A stretch of DNA of 62,128 nt, counting the filler. It is 12 parts of 12 records of this genome, joined end to end, with 100 filler letters (N's around TTAATTAATTAA, not from the genome) between each part and the next. Parts side by side here need not be neighbours in the genome. Positions count along the whole stretch, not along the records: positions 45,263 to 53,825 come from SRR7504441_4590; positions 53,926 to 57,972 come from SRR7504441_4591; 10 more parts are not named here. One strand, given 5' to 3'. Every line of letters starts with the position of its first letter. Positions within the stretch are counted from its first letter, which is position 1. The notes under the pieces are model-generated. The model had not been told where the DNA came from, did no database searches, and saw only the letters and a list, made by a program, of their open reading frames with translations. The position numbers and the translations under genes are program-made. Below are positions 45,548 through 56,805 of the stretch, one piece after another.

Positions 45548-48500
45548 TTACTCGGCCGCTGGCTCTGCTTCTTGTTCTAGCAACTCTTCAGCCTCTGCTT
45601 CACGTGGGGTCGGCTCTGGCGTGTCTGGAGCTAGCAGACCCTCCCTTGTGCTCGGCGTGGGCTCGAGCGTGGTCCCGTTCTTGGCCCCTAGCGACAGCAG
45701 CGAGAAGCTGCCGGCTCGGGCCTCCTGAGACAGGCAAGGCACCACAAACAGCGCACCCTTGTCTGGCTCCAGATCGACGCACACACTAGCCTCGCCGGTG
45801 GACAAGAAGGGCTCCGTGGCTGCCAGCACAGTGAACCCAGCCTCGACTTGATCGGTGCTGCCGCCAGCCGGGTTCTGGACCACCACAAATCCAAACTCCG
45901 GGTCCGGGATCGGCTCCATCACCACAGCCGGCTCGGCCGCCGCCTCCTCGGCAGCCGTGTACTGTGGGAGCCATCCTCGAGAGTGCCCAGGGCGGCGGGC
46001 TCCAGATGTTCCGGAATACTGACTCGAGCTTTGGCAGCGCAATCCTGCCTGAAGTGACGTCGCTGGCGGTGGCCCCGGCCGAGGTTACGCCGGAGGTGGG
46101 CTGCGAAGCCGCGCTCGACCCAGAGGCCGGGCCCGTGCTGCTGCTGGCGCACGGGTGTGCGGCCGGGTCCGAGGGCGATTTCCGGGTGCATTTGGCGGCC
46201 GATCAGAAGGTCAAGGTGGAGCTGCTGGATGCAGCCCAATGGCAAGTGTGCCAGAGCCACTGGAGGCCGAGCTGGTGCGGCGGGCGTGGCTGGGCCGAGC
46301 CGGAGCAGCTGCAGGCCTGGATGAGCAACCCTCAATTTAGGCTCAGGCTGGACAGCAAGCCGGACAGGGTGTGTGTGGTCCTGTCTGATGTCAAGATTCA
46401 GCCCAAGATGAGACCAGTGGTGCTGGCGGCGGCTGAGGAGCCGGCAGCTGAGGAGGCGGAGCAGCCAGCGGAGGAAGAGGCTGCAGAGGAGGAAGCCGCG
46501 GCTTGGCGCTCACCCGCCAGAGTGGATTATTCCGCCAGCGGTCAAATCCAGCCGCCCGGGGACCGCCCGCAGCCGCGCCATGCCACCTGTAGTCGTACCG
46601 ATGCACCACCGACGCAGGAAGCTCGCGTGCAGTTAGCTTCACCGTCGGACTGAGGCTGGCAGCAGTAACAGTAAAACCGCCTCCGCCGGGCTCGGTGCGC
46701 GACACAACCACTGTGCGCGCGGTCGGGCTGGCTGACAGTTGCAGTTCGAGGCAGGCAGTCCGGCCGGCGGCCATAGCCATGCGCGACCGAGCTGCAGTCG
46801 GCAGCGCGACAAAGTGCTGGGCAGTGGTATCGTCAGGCATCACAGTCACACTGAAGCTGGTGGGCTCCTCCGCAACCACCGTCAACTGCACAGTAGCCGG
46901 CTCGTCGGGACAGCTCAGCTCAAAGTGAGGATTGGCCCCAAGCGCGGCCCCGGTCCGCCACTGGCCCTTGACGTGCTGCCGGGCGACCTTGCCCCCCTCC
47001 TCCTCAGGCTCCGGGCTCTTGACTGCCAGCAGCCAGCCCATATGCTCCACGAGCTCCTCCAGCGGAATCCAGCCGCATCCTGGCTCGCTCAGTTCAAGCT
47101 GCGACGCCAGTCCCTCGGGCCAGCTGCTAAGATCGGCCAGTGAGCCGCCCGTCGCCAGGTCGCCGCTCAGTTTGACCAGACGTGCCTCGGGGGCCGGCTC
47201 CGGCTCCTCAGCTGGCTCAGCTGGCTCCTCTGGCTCGGCTGCTTTATCTCCAAACAGTGCACTTGGTGCAGTGGCAAGTTTCTCGAGCTTGAGAGGTTCG
47301 CCCTTTTCTGGGGCAAGCCCGACAGCCCAACCGGCCTGCTCTAGCCGCTGCAACTCGGTCCACAGCTTAGCACAGCCTTCCTCGGGCTCGTCCATCTCGC
47401 GCAACTCACTGCCTGAGATCATCGCCGCAGCCGAGCCGGTCATCACATGCAGCAGGTCAGCCAGTGAAGCCTGCTCGACGGCTGGGTACCCACCGAGCAG
47501 CTTGGCGCAGCCCTTGCGGAGCATCCCAGGCCACAGCCGGTGAGGGTTGGCGGCTGCTGGCAGTCTCAGATCCAGGTCAACACTCGTCTGCACGCCGTCC
47601 TTGAACAGCTTGAGCAGGCAGCTGCCGCTCGCCGAGTCAAACTTGTCGAAACAGCCGGCCAGCAGCGCCGGCGCCTGTGCAGCCAGCAGCCCAGCCGCGG
47701 TCTCAAACCCGCCCCCTTCGCTCCCGACCATCAGGTGCCCAGCCTCGAGCACAAGAAGCTCCGTCTGGTCGACCGCTGGAGCCGGCTCGGCCTCCTCCTC
47801 GGCCGGTGCCTCCTCGGCCTCGGCCTCCGGCTCCTCCTGCGGCTCGGGCTCCTCCTGCTGATCATCCAGCCGGGCTGCCAGCCTGTAGTGTGGCTCTGTC
47901 TCTGCAGGCTCCGGCCGGGTCCATCCCTCCTCCCCAAACTCGCCGTCCTCGTACAGGCAGCTGGCCGCGGCGTGCGCGCTCAGCCCGGCCTCGTACCCAG
48001 CTTCGCCGGCCTTGGCCGCGGTGAGCTGCTGGGCCAATTGTTGCTCCAGCGAGCGGGTGCGGATCTTGGCCAGTCGTGCGCGGCAGTTCCATGTGTGGTC
48101 GTTCTCACCGAGCGCCTCGGCCTCGATCATGGCCGCCTCGACACTCGCGATGTCGAGCAGCTCTGCGTCCTCCCGCTCGGCCCGCCCAAACCATTTCTTG
48201 ACTGACGCCGCCGACTTCCTCATCTGACTCGCATATTGAGCCGCCTTGTGCGCCTTGTGCAGCTCGGCGAACCGCTGGCGGGCCGCGTCCACCTCTTGCT
48301 TGAGCCCGAGCGCCCCGAGAGCCTTGAAGCCCAACTCGAACTTGCAAAAGTCCTTGGCCTGCCACCCGTCTGCCAGCTGCTTCCGGGCTCGCTGCGCCCT
48401 CTCCCACAGCAGCGACTGGTCTAGCCCGGCCGCCACCGACTCTGTGGCCACCTTGTGGGCCAGCTGTATCCGCTCGGCTTCCTCCACCATCTTTTGCTTG

Positions 48501-49474
48501 AGCTCAGGAAGGAAGCTGCTCTCGATCTCCGCAGGCAGAGGGTCCGCAAACACCTCCTGAGCAGCCAGCCGCGAGAACACGTCTCCCCGCAGCCCGGAGA
48601 GCTCCTGCCGGGCCACTTGCTCTGCCCGGGCCTGCACCGCCGCCTCGGCCTGTTGGCGCTCCTGCAGCTGCTGCTGCTCCGCCCTCCTCTGCTCCTCCTG
48701 GTCCTTGCGAAGCCGGAGCGCCTCGAGCCGCTGCAGCTCTGCGAGCTCCATGTTGCGCACGATGTCGAAGTCGTTGGCGGCCACCTCGCGCGCGTCCTGC
48801 TCCTGCTCCTCCAGCACTTCGTTGAACGCCAGCTGCAGTGTCTGGCCGACAACAGACTCGAGAGTCGGGACCACCTCGGCTTCAAACTCGCCCAGGAACT
48901 GGCTCTCCGACTGGGTGGCCATCTCGCACACTTGCTTGGCCGGCACATACAGCGGCAGCGGCAGCGGATCGTAACCGACCGGCTCGTCCGGCTCCTCCTG
49001 CCGCCGCCGCTCGGGCCCGGCCAGCCGGCCGCACCCACCGGCCTGTCGATCGGGACTAGATCGGGAGCCAGCCGCGCCTGCGCCAGCTCGGCCTGCGCCG
49101 CGGCGGCCGCAGCCGCTTCGACGGCGTTGGCGAGCTCGTGCTGCTTGCGCTGGCGGCGGGCCTCGTGGGCGGCCCGCTGCTCCTCGGCCCGGGCCTCGCG
49201 CTCAGCCTCCTGCTGTATGGCCTGGACGATCTCAGCGTTCTTGACGCCTGGCCTCAGCCGTCGGACAGGCCGGCCGGCCGGGGGCGCCTGTGCAGGTCGA
49301 GCCGCGCACCACGCGCTTGTCCCACATGATATTTGCAGGCGGGCCCACCGGCTGCAACCCGGTCAGGACGGGCCGGGCCGGGCGCACCTGGTTGGCTTTG
49401 GGCCGGCGGAGCCGCTTGCCGTTGGTCCCGGCCAGCGCCCGCGGCTCGCTCGCGTAGTGGTAGGCCTCCGGCAT
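45548..49474 (-). CDS. Radial spoke protein 3 (RSP3) domain fused to a degenerate calpain core and repeated calpain domain III; interrupted by an internal inversion
   Basis: RSP3 motifs NIMWDKRVVRGST, PLYVPAK..ATQ, FEAEVVPTLESVVGQTLQLAFNEVLEE and RNMELAELQRLE. Calpain-like WPGMLRKGCAKLLGGY..DLLHVMTG. Domain III motifs GQW..ANPHF and W..AGG..WRNNP. Three 5' introns, including GC-AG 49248-49287. Confidence 0.85.
45958..46498 (+). other. Inverted 541-bp coding segment belonging to the minus-strand RSP3-calpain gene
   Basis: The plus strand encodes calpain domain III sequence (CTVGAILE...W..SWCGG..WMSNPQFRLRL..VCVVLS). It is flanked by AGCCG (45953-45957) and CGGCT (46499-46503), and re-inversion is in frame at both junctions. 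Confidence 0.9.
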
Positions 49475-49826
49475 CTCGCCTGCCACCCGTCGCCTGTCGC
49501 TCAAAATAGGTATCCGTTGTCAGCGGTTGGACCGTCAGAACGCAGACTGACTCATTGACACGCTGACATCATGATCAATGCTTCGATGGAACCTTTGCTC
49601 CGGTTTCCGCGGTTTCTTGGTGGTCCTACTCGAGTTTGGCTTGGCGTCTTATCTTCAACCAGAATCTTAGCCGCATCTAAGCTGCATTGGCTCGGGACTG
49701 GCAATTGGTCATGATTGGTCGTGATTGTGACGTCTGTGCACTTTCATTATTGGCACGGTGCATAAGTCAATAAATCTACAATTATATCAGGCTCTAGAGA
49801 TGCCTAACTACCAGTAATCGGGTTAG

Positions 49827-50683
49827 TCAGCCTGTTGGTAAAGTCAGTTTGATTGGCTTGCACGGCTTGCCGACCTGCCCTCGCCTCGCCCAACCCCTCG
49901 GCGGTCGCACCGAGTACCAGACGCCCTCTTCGCCCACCGCCGGCTCCGCTCCGCCGATCGCCAGCAGGCGCACCTCGCCAGCCTTCCGGAGCCAGTCGCC
50001 CTGCCACGCTCTCAGCGCCGCGATACCGGCTGTCGGCACCTCCCTCGCAGTCAGCCCTGGCCGGCCGAGCCCGCGCGGCCCGTTGACCAGCAGGTGCACC
50101 GCCGGGGTCTTGGCCCCGTCCCACAGCTCGGGACAGGCCGACATCATCCAGCTGCCCCGCCTCAGCCGGCGGCCCAACCAGCAACGGACCGCGTGAACCC
50201 CCGGCAAAGCCGCCCGACATCCAACGGCTCCTCCCCGTCCTCCGCCAGCCCCGGCAGCTGCCACAGCCACACCTGCCCCCGGCTCCAGCCCGCAGGCTGG
50301 CCGGCCCACCTGCCGGGCCCGCCGGAGCGAGCTACCGGCCACAAAAGCCACTTGCCGGAATTCCGACTGCCCGAGCAACTGCTCGAGCCGCTCCACCGTC
50401 CCGGCCACCGGTCCCATCGCCCGAGCGAGCTGCCGTCGCGCCCGCCGGGCCCTGCGCCGGCTGAGCTGCCGGGGGGGCTGGGGGGGCACCGGCGGAGCGG
50501 GATGCCGCCAGGGGGGAGCGGGGCCTCGAGCCGTTGAGCAAGCGCCTCGAGCGGCTCCGGGAGCAGCTTGGTGGCCACCAGCACCAGACGCAGCCCCGCC
50601 CCGATCAGCGCCCCGACCGCCTCCCCCGTGGGCGGCCCGGCCCACTCCGGCAGCCGGTACTCGGTTGCCATCTCATCAGCCAT
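49827..50683 (-). CDS. Hypothetical protein, possibly p31comet/MAD2L1-binding HORMA-like; several introns
   Basis: VAFVAGSSLRRARQ|VW, LCRGF, VHLLV and terminal VWYS|VGKPCK loosely recall p31comet motifs. Weak, by eye only. Confidence 0.35.
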
Positions 50684-50938
50684 CGTATTCGTAATAATTT
50701 TATTATAACGGCACCCAACAGATCCGGATGTCTCGACGCCGCTGTGCCGCAGATCAGCGTGGAAAAGTTGTCGGGAGCTCTCCAAATGAGTCATGATGCA
50801 GACACGCTTGAGCAATGGCTTAATTAATTAATGATTTCTACCGCCCAAGCGCTCAACGGGGGCATCAATGAAATTGTAGTCAATTGTTATTGATCGTGCG
50901 AATAAGATACAATTAATCTGTATACATTAGTGCAGCGT

Positions 50939-51828
50939 TCAGTGCTCTCGGACCTGTGCCGCTGGTCAGCCTGGCCGCCCGCAGCGGCTCGCCGTCAGGT
51001 TCAGCCGGCCGTCCAGTGTCAGCGCCGGCTCGCCGTCCGCCCCGTCCAGCTTCACAGGGCCTGCGCCCCGTCCGGCTGCTTGAAGGGGGGGGCACCGCCC
51101 AGTATCCTGGGCACCCCGTGCACGATCCGCTCGGCGGGGCCCCCGAATACGATGACGTCCCCCGACTGGAGCAGCACCGACAGCTCGCGGCTCTTCCGAG
51201 ACCAGCTCTTCCTGAAGCTGGGGGCCACTCAGCCCGTCCGGAGGGAGCCGGCGCACACAAACTCGCCGGTCGAGCCCAGACTGAACGAGACCACCGGTAC
51301 CCCGGGCCGCCGGCCTGCCCCCGGTGGATCCGCCCGCCGGCTTCTCGGCACCGGGCTTGTCCACGTGCTGGCCTAGCCGGCCGTTGGGCGGGTACCTGGC
51401 TCGCCGGCTGGGCCGCCGGGCGAGCTGGGCCGCACCAGTTGAGCACGCAAGTCCGCGGGCTGAGCATCGAGAGCGAGCCGCTCAGCTCACAGGCCGCCCC
51501 GCAGGCCGCTGCCCCCGGCTGGCCGGGCCGCCAACCGGGCCGGACCTGTGGCCAGGGCCTCGAGCTGGGGCGGTATGGCCGCCTGGTCGCCCGGGGCGGC
51601 CTGCTTGCCGATGGTGCGCTGGTGCATGTTCTTTGTCACCTCGCTCCGGCAGGGGCCGCCGGTGCGCACCATCGGCAGACAGGCCGCGGCCAGCTGCCGC
51701 TGCTCGGACTGGTCCAGGAAGCCAGGCAGCAGCACCACCCCTGGCGTCAGCTCGCGCCACTCCGATGAGTCCTCCTCCTCCTCATCCGCCGCCGCCTCCG
51801 CCTCCTCCTCCTCCCGCGGCCGCTTCAT
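50939..51828 (-). CDS. AlkB-family Fe(II)/2-oxoglutarate dioxygenase, many short introns
   Basis: PGVVLLPGFL, YPPNGRLGQHVD, PVVSFSLG, LQSGDVIVFGG..RIVHGV and GRLNLT|VREH* (GC-AG intron 50954-50992). Confidence 0.88.
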
Positions 51829-51908
51829 ACGCCCACCTGCGGGGCGTCGGCACGGCGAGTCAGTTGCCGCCGCCGGTGCGGGATCGCGCGACTGCTGTGC
51901 AGCTGCTC

Positions 51909-53648
51909 ATGGCCATGTTGCTGCTGCTCCTGGCGGGGGTCGGGGCTGTGGCCGCCCAGCCGCGCTTCAGCAACGTCTTCCAGAGCCACATGGTCCTCCA
52001 ACGCGACGAGCCACTGGCGCTCTGGGGCCTGCAGGCCAGCGGCTCGCCCGGCGCAGTCGAGCGCCTCCGCGTCTGCCTGGGCGACCTGTGCACCCACACC
52101 GAGTGCGCCCCCGACGGCTCGTGGCGCGCGTCGCTCGCTGCGCAGGAGGGCACCAGCAAATCGCGGACGCTGTGGGTGATCCGGGAGCGCGACGGGCAGG
52201 GGTCGCTGCTCGAGGACATCGTGGTCGGGGACGTCTACATATTTTCGGGCCAGAGCAACATAGACATACCGGAGGCATACGGCCACCAGGTCGACCCGCT
52301 GCGGAGCGATCCAAGCCAGAACGGGGCCGCAGCGCAGGCCAAGGAGGAGGCACTCGCAGAACAGCTCGGCTCGGCCGGGCTGCTGCGCATGCGGATCGTG
52401 GACGTCTGGCCCGACAGCGCCCCACAGTGGAACGCCACTGAAGGCCAGCCGGAGCTCACCGAGACGGGAGACTGCCCGCTCTGCGCGTCCCCCTTCGCGC
52501 TTGGCAACCCAGACGGCACGTGCAACGCCAGCCTCTCCAGCTGCAACCCCTTGGGCAACTACAGCTGGTGCCAGTGCTCTGCGATGGCCTGGGCGCGAGC
52601 ATCCGCCACAAACGTCAGGGGCTTCTCCGCAACCTCGTGGTTCACAGCCGTCGCACTGCGAGCCTCTGTCGCGGCGCTCGAGGGCGTACCGGTTGGCGTC
52701 GTCAAGAGCTCCAAGGGGGGCAGCACCATCGACCTCTGGAGCAGCGCTGACGCTCGTCAGCAGTGCGCAAGCGCCGCCCCTGCGCCAGTGCCGCCCTGCC
52801 ACGCGCCGAGCCTCTGCCCAGGCAGCCTCTGGTCTCAGATGATGGCACCTTTTGCCGGCGCAAAGTTCAAGGCAATTGTCTGGTACCAGGGAGAGAACAA
52901 CCTTGGGCAGGCGTTTCCGTATTATCGCTGCGCGCTCGAGGCGATGATTCGCGACTGGCGTCGCAAGCTGCAGCTGCCGGGCATCCCCTTTGTGGTTGTC
53001 CAACTGCAGCCGTGGTGCACGGCAACGAAGTACTGCGACGACCCGCTCACGGCGCCACTCGCAGCGCCGCCGACGGCCCTGGCGGAGATGCGCCTTGCGC
53101 AAGCTGCCGCCGCCGCAGCCCTCCCGGCGACGGCTTTGGTGAGCGCGGTGGACCTGGGCTCGGTGCATTCGCAGGCCGGCAGCTGCCACTCGGCCCAGAA
53201 GCCCGAGCTCAGCAAGCGACTCGCACTCGCTCTCAAGGCCGCGGTCTACGACAACGCAACCGTCTGGGCGAGTCCGGTGGCACAAAGCGTGTCGCGCCAG
53301 GGCGGCAGCGTCGTCGTTCAATTCTCCGCTCCAGGCGGAGCAGGTTTGGCGCTCAACACCTCAACCCGATGCCCAGCCGCGATCCTCCCGGTCTTTTGTC
53401 GACCCGACCTTGGCTTCGAGCTGTGCTCTGCTCAGGCGTGCAAGCCGGCTGCGTCGGTCCGAGCAACCGGCTCGCGCGTCGTGCTGCCCGCTGACGCATC
53501 GGCCACGCGGGTGCGGTTCCTGTTCGCGGACTGGCCGTTGGTGGCCCTGCGAGATGCCGCGACAGGCTTGCCAGCGCTGCCGTTCGACCTCAGCCTGTCG
53601 AGCACTGCCGCGCTGCCGCCCAAGCCCAGCGCCCGTGTGAACGCGTGA
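51909..53648 (+). CDS. Secreted sialate O-acetylesterase (SASA/DUF303 family)
   Basis: Signal peptide, FQSHMVLQRD..LWG, DIVVGDVYIFSGQSN, FSATSWF, WYQGENN, PFVVVQL. The true start is probably 51909, not 51324. Confidence 0.9.
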   Translation: MAMLLLLLAGVGAVAAQPRFSNVFQSHMVLQRDEPLALWGLQASGSPGAVERLRVCLGDLCTHTECAPDGSWRASLAAQEGTSKSRTLWVIRERDGQGSLLEDIVVGDVYIFSGQSNIDIPEAYGHQVDPLRSDPSQNGAAAQAKEEALAEQLGSAGLLRMRIVDVWPDSAPQWNATEGQPELTETGDCPLCASPFALGNPDGTCNASLSSCNPLGNYSWCQCSAMAWARASATNVRGFSATSWFTAVALRASVAALEGVPVGVVKSSKGGSTIDLWSSADARQQCASAAPAPVPPCHAPSLCPGSLWSQMMAPFAGAKFKAIVWYQGENNLGQAFPYYRCALEAMIRDWRRKLQLPGIPFVVVQLQPWCTATKYCDDPLTAPLAAPPTALAEMRLAQAAAAAALPATALVSAVDLGSVHSQAGSCHSAQKPELSKRLALALKAAVYDNATVWASPVAQSVSRQGGSVVVQFSAPGGAGLALNTSTRCPAAILPVFCRPDLGFELCSAQACKPAASVRATGSRVVLPADASATRVRFLFADWPLVALRDAATGLPALPFDLSLSSTAALPPKPSARVNA

Positions 53649-54031
53649 CCACGGCTTGGCTGGCATTGAATGAAATCTTTTGCAAAAGCAGACCTAAGTA
53701 CAACTGTGCGCTTTCCCGTGCTGAGGGCTTGGCTTTGCCCAAGGCGCGGGGCGAATCAAACGGATGTCAGTGTGAACTAGTGTGAAACGTACGCATACAA
53801 TCGTATGGTACAATCTCGGTACAATNNNNNNNNNNNNNNNNNNNNNNNNNNNNNNNNNNNNNNNNNNNNTTAATTAATTAANNNNNNNNNNNNNNNNNNN
53901 NNNNNNNNNNNNNNNNNNNNNNNNNAAAGCGCCATGCGGTCACTCGAGCCGCGCGAGTCCCTGTCAACTTGTATAACTCAACCCGCCATCGCCACCGTCA
54001 GCTTGTCTACTGCTCTCCGCCCAGATGTCAC

Positions 54032-55176
54032 CTACCCAGATATCACTCGGCCCAGATACACGATATCACCAACTACAAACCCTCGCGCGAACGGGTCGTC
54101 CGGAGCGCTGACCAGCTGGCACTTTTGGACTATCCAGGCACGGCCGGTCACCTCCGGCTCCACCGCCTTGTACTGCCCGACCGTGCTCTCCGCCAGCAGC
54201 CTGCCTGAGAGCGAAGACCCTATCATCCCGCGCTGCTGCCACTCCTGCCCAATCGCCAGCTCTCCCAGCGCGTGTGCCCGGGCCATCAGCGCGCAAGTAG
54301 CAGTCCCGCAGGCCGACCGGAGCACCGTCCGCTTCCACGGGTGCACCACCGCATTCACACAGTCGGCGCCTGCGGCCGAGTCCCAGAATGTGAGCATGTC
54401 AGGGCCAGCGTAGTCCTTGCTCGGGTGCTGTACAGGGTGCTGTGCCCGGCAGCAGGCAAGCAGCTGCTCGCCCAGCCGGACCAACCGACCGGCGTGCGGC
54501 GGGGTCAGTTGAAGCCCGACCGCACCAGCATTCACCAGACAGTACCACATGCCACTGTACACTAAATCTACGGCCACCGAGCCGAGCCCCGGCACTTCCA
54601 GCGGCAACCCGAGCCCCGCCACGACTGGCCCCACCAGTCGGTCCAGCCTGGCGGGCCGGGCGCACAGCTGGTCGGACTCGGGAGCGTGATGGCCGTGACG
54701 CGGCCCTGGCTGCAGCTGGCCCGCGCAGTGATCAGGCCGCCCGGGAACTCTATGGTGAGCTCAGTGGTCGGCTGCCGCGGATGAGTTGGCCCCCCGACCG
54801 CCAGTGGCACCTCGCGCATTGGGACAATACCAGTCTCGAGCACCACTGTGGCCACACACAGCGCGTTGTGCCCGCTGCGCATCTGAAACAAGTGAGCGCC
54901 CGGCCAGCCGGCGGGCGCGGGCACCGGATAGTGCCCGTTTTGCTCCATGACCACGCAGCCGACGTCCGCGCCGGCCGAGAGCGGCGGGAGGAGCAGGTCG
55001 GCGTTGGCGGCTGGGTTGGCCCGGGGCTCCTGCAGCAGGGCGGTGCGCAGCTGGTCGTGCTGCTCGAGCAGCCAAAGCCGCTGGGCCGCCAGCGAGTCGC
55101 CCGGCACGGTGGGCCCGCCGCTGACTACCACGCGGCAGGTCTCGCCCCCGGTGTGACAGTCCACCACCTCGAGCAT
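54032..55176 (-). CDS. Proline racemase / hydroxyproline epimerase superfamily protein, several introns
   Basis: VVDCHTGGETCRVV, LLQEPR, YP|MRSGHNALCVATV, RSACGTATCA, EVTGRAWI, DDPFARGF. Confidence 0.9.
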
Positions 55177-55473
55177 AGCGATCTGCAGAGCACCGATGGG
55201 TGCGACTGTAGCCCATGCGGGCCGCACCGCGCTGGTCGACCAGCCGCGCGCCCGTGAGTCAGAGATGCCCTCGAGCCGGGCTCACGGCGTCATTCCGTTG
55301 GCTTGGCAGCATAAGGTTAGTCGTCTCCGCCTCGAGCCTTGATTAGCTGTTTCTGTCAAATCCAATTTAATAAATGCGCGAGGTCCCCTTAGAACTACAT
55401 CTACTTAATCACGTGCTTAATCATACCGAATCTATCATGCAATATTTCTCATGCACACGTACATGGACTATGG

Positions 55474-56724
55474 CTAGCTAGTCAAAGCGTCTCTAAATAG
55501 TGAGCCGCTAACCAGGCTCTCGACCAGGCGGACGCTCCACGGCGCAGCCAGGTGTGTCGGCCGACGGTGCCATCTGCCGGCTGAGTGGGCTAACTCTTCA
55601 AACAAGCCGGCCTCTTCTGGTGGGACGTTGATGTGTTGGGCCACCGCCACTATCTCTTCCAGGTTCTCAACAAGATGGATTGTGTTGGCTGGGATGTGCA
55701 GGATTTCACCTGCAGCCAATACGATCAAATCAATCAATCAATGACGGATTGTGTCGCCTGCACTCACAAGGGCCGCCGCCGCAGGCAGCCCGCTCGACAC
55801 GGCTTGAGCAGGGTCTGCGCTGAACACCCGATCGCCATATTCAGACAGCTGAAACTCGGGCCGTTCTTGCAGCCTCGAGTCGGCCGACGGGGGAAACATC
55901 CACACGCGTTTGGCCCCACTGAGCACGTACAGCAGGTTTTGATTGAGTATACCGTGCTGGTGCATAGGGTAGGCGCGCGATCCTCGATGGGCCACAAACA
56001 GGTCTAAATGAGCTGCTCCCTCGAGCCTACGTTCTTTCCAGCCGAAGGCTCGCATCAGCTCGGGCTGGATTAGTCGATTGGCCTGCTGCAGCTGCTGGTC
56101 GAGCGCCGGGCACTGGCTCACCGGGGTGTTGTGCACGGTCATCGGCCACAAGTAATCAACTATCGAGCGGTACCGTATCGGCGGGCTGAGCGGGAGCACA
56201 AGGTCTACCCACTGGCCCAGGCTCCACCGGCGGCCGTATTGGCCGAGCACGTACTCTAAGCTCGGCGCCGTACTGAGCATCAGCCCGAACAGCTGGCGCA
56301 GCACGGGTACCGCGTCGATCATTGTCATCGGGTGATAATAGTGGTTGTGCGTATCGAGCGCCATGTGCCCGCACTGCGCTCGAAGCTCGCTGGTCGACCA
56401 GTCTGTCGCGGTCTTAAATCCCGTCAGGATGAAAGGCCGCCGTCCCACCACGTACGAGCGCAGGACCTCGGAGGTTGTGTTGGCCGGCAGGCGCGGCACC
56501 TCTGCCGGGCCATTCGAGCCGGCGGCGTAACCTGTCTCGAACCGCGCCTTATACCGGTGTCCGCCGTCCGTGGTGGCAGCCAGGTGCAGGATCCACCGGA
56601 CGGCCAACAGCGCGGAGAGCACACCGCACCAGCGGAGCAGCCGGACGCTAGGGCGGAAGGCACGGCGCGGTCTGCCCTTGGCCTCGGGCCACACCCGCTT
56701 CGGTTGCTTCGCCCGCCGAAGCAT
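55474..56724 (-). CDS. Membrane-anchored JmjC/cupin-like oxygenase
   Basis: N-terminal TM, RPFILTG, LFVAHRGS..PMHQH..NLLYVLSGAKRVWMFPP and SAG|EILHIPANTIHLVENLE after GC-AG intron 55710-55757. The start is 56724 or 56775. Confidence 0.85.
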
Positions 56725-56744
56725 AGACCGGGAGATCGCCAGTT

Positions 56745-56763
56745 CCGTTGATGACAGCAACGG
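56745..56763. promoter_or_regulatory. Inverted pair of Myb-type YAACGG sites in a bidirectional promoter
   Basis: CCGTTG-atgacag-CAACGG lies between the divergent JmjC and ATP synthase d starts. The same hexamer recurs upstream of many genes in the window. Confidence 0.5.
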
Positions 56764-56805
56764 AAGCTTGTTCATCAGTTGTGCGTGAGGCCCTCGGGAG
56801 TGATC

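Noticed and set aside
51324-51908. Long Pro-rich N-terminal extension of the sialate O-acetylesterase ORF
   Set aside because: It is the antisense of the AlkB gene. The signal peptide begins at 51909.
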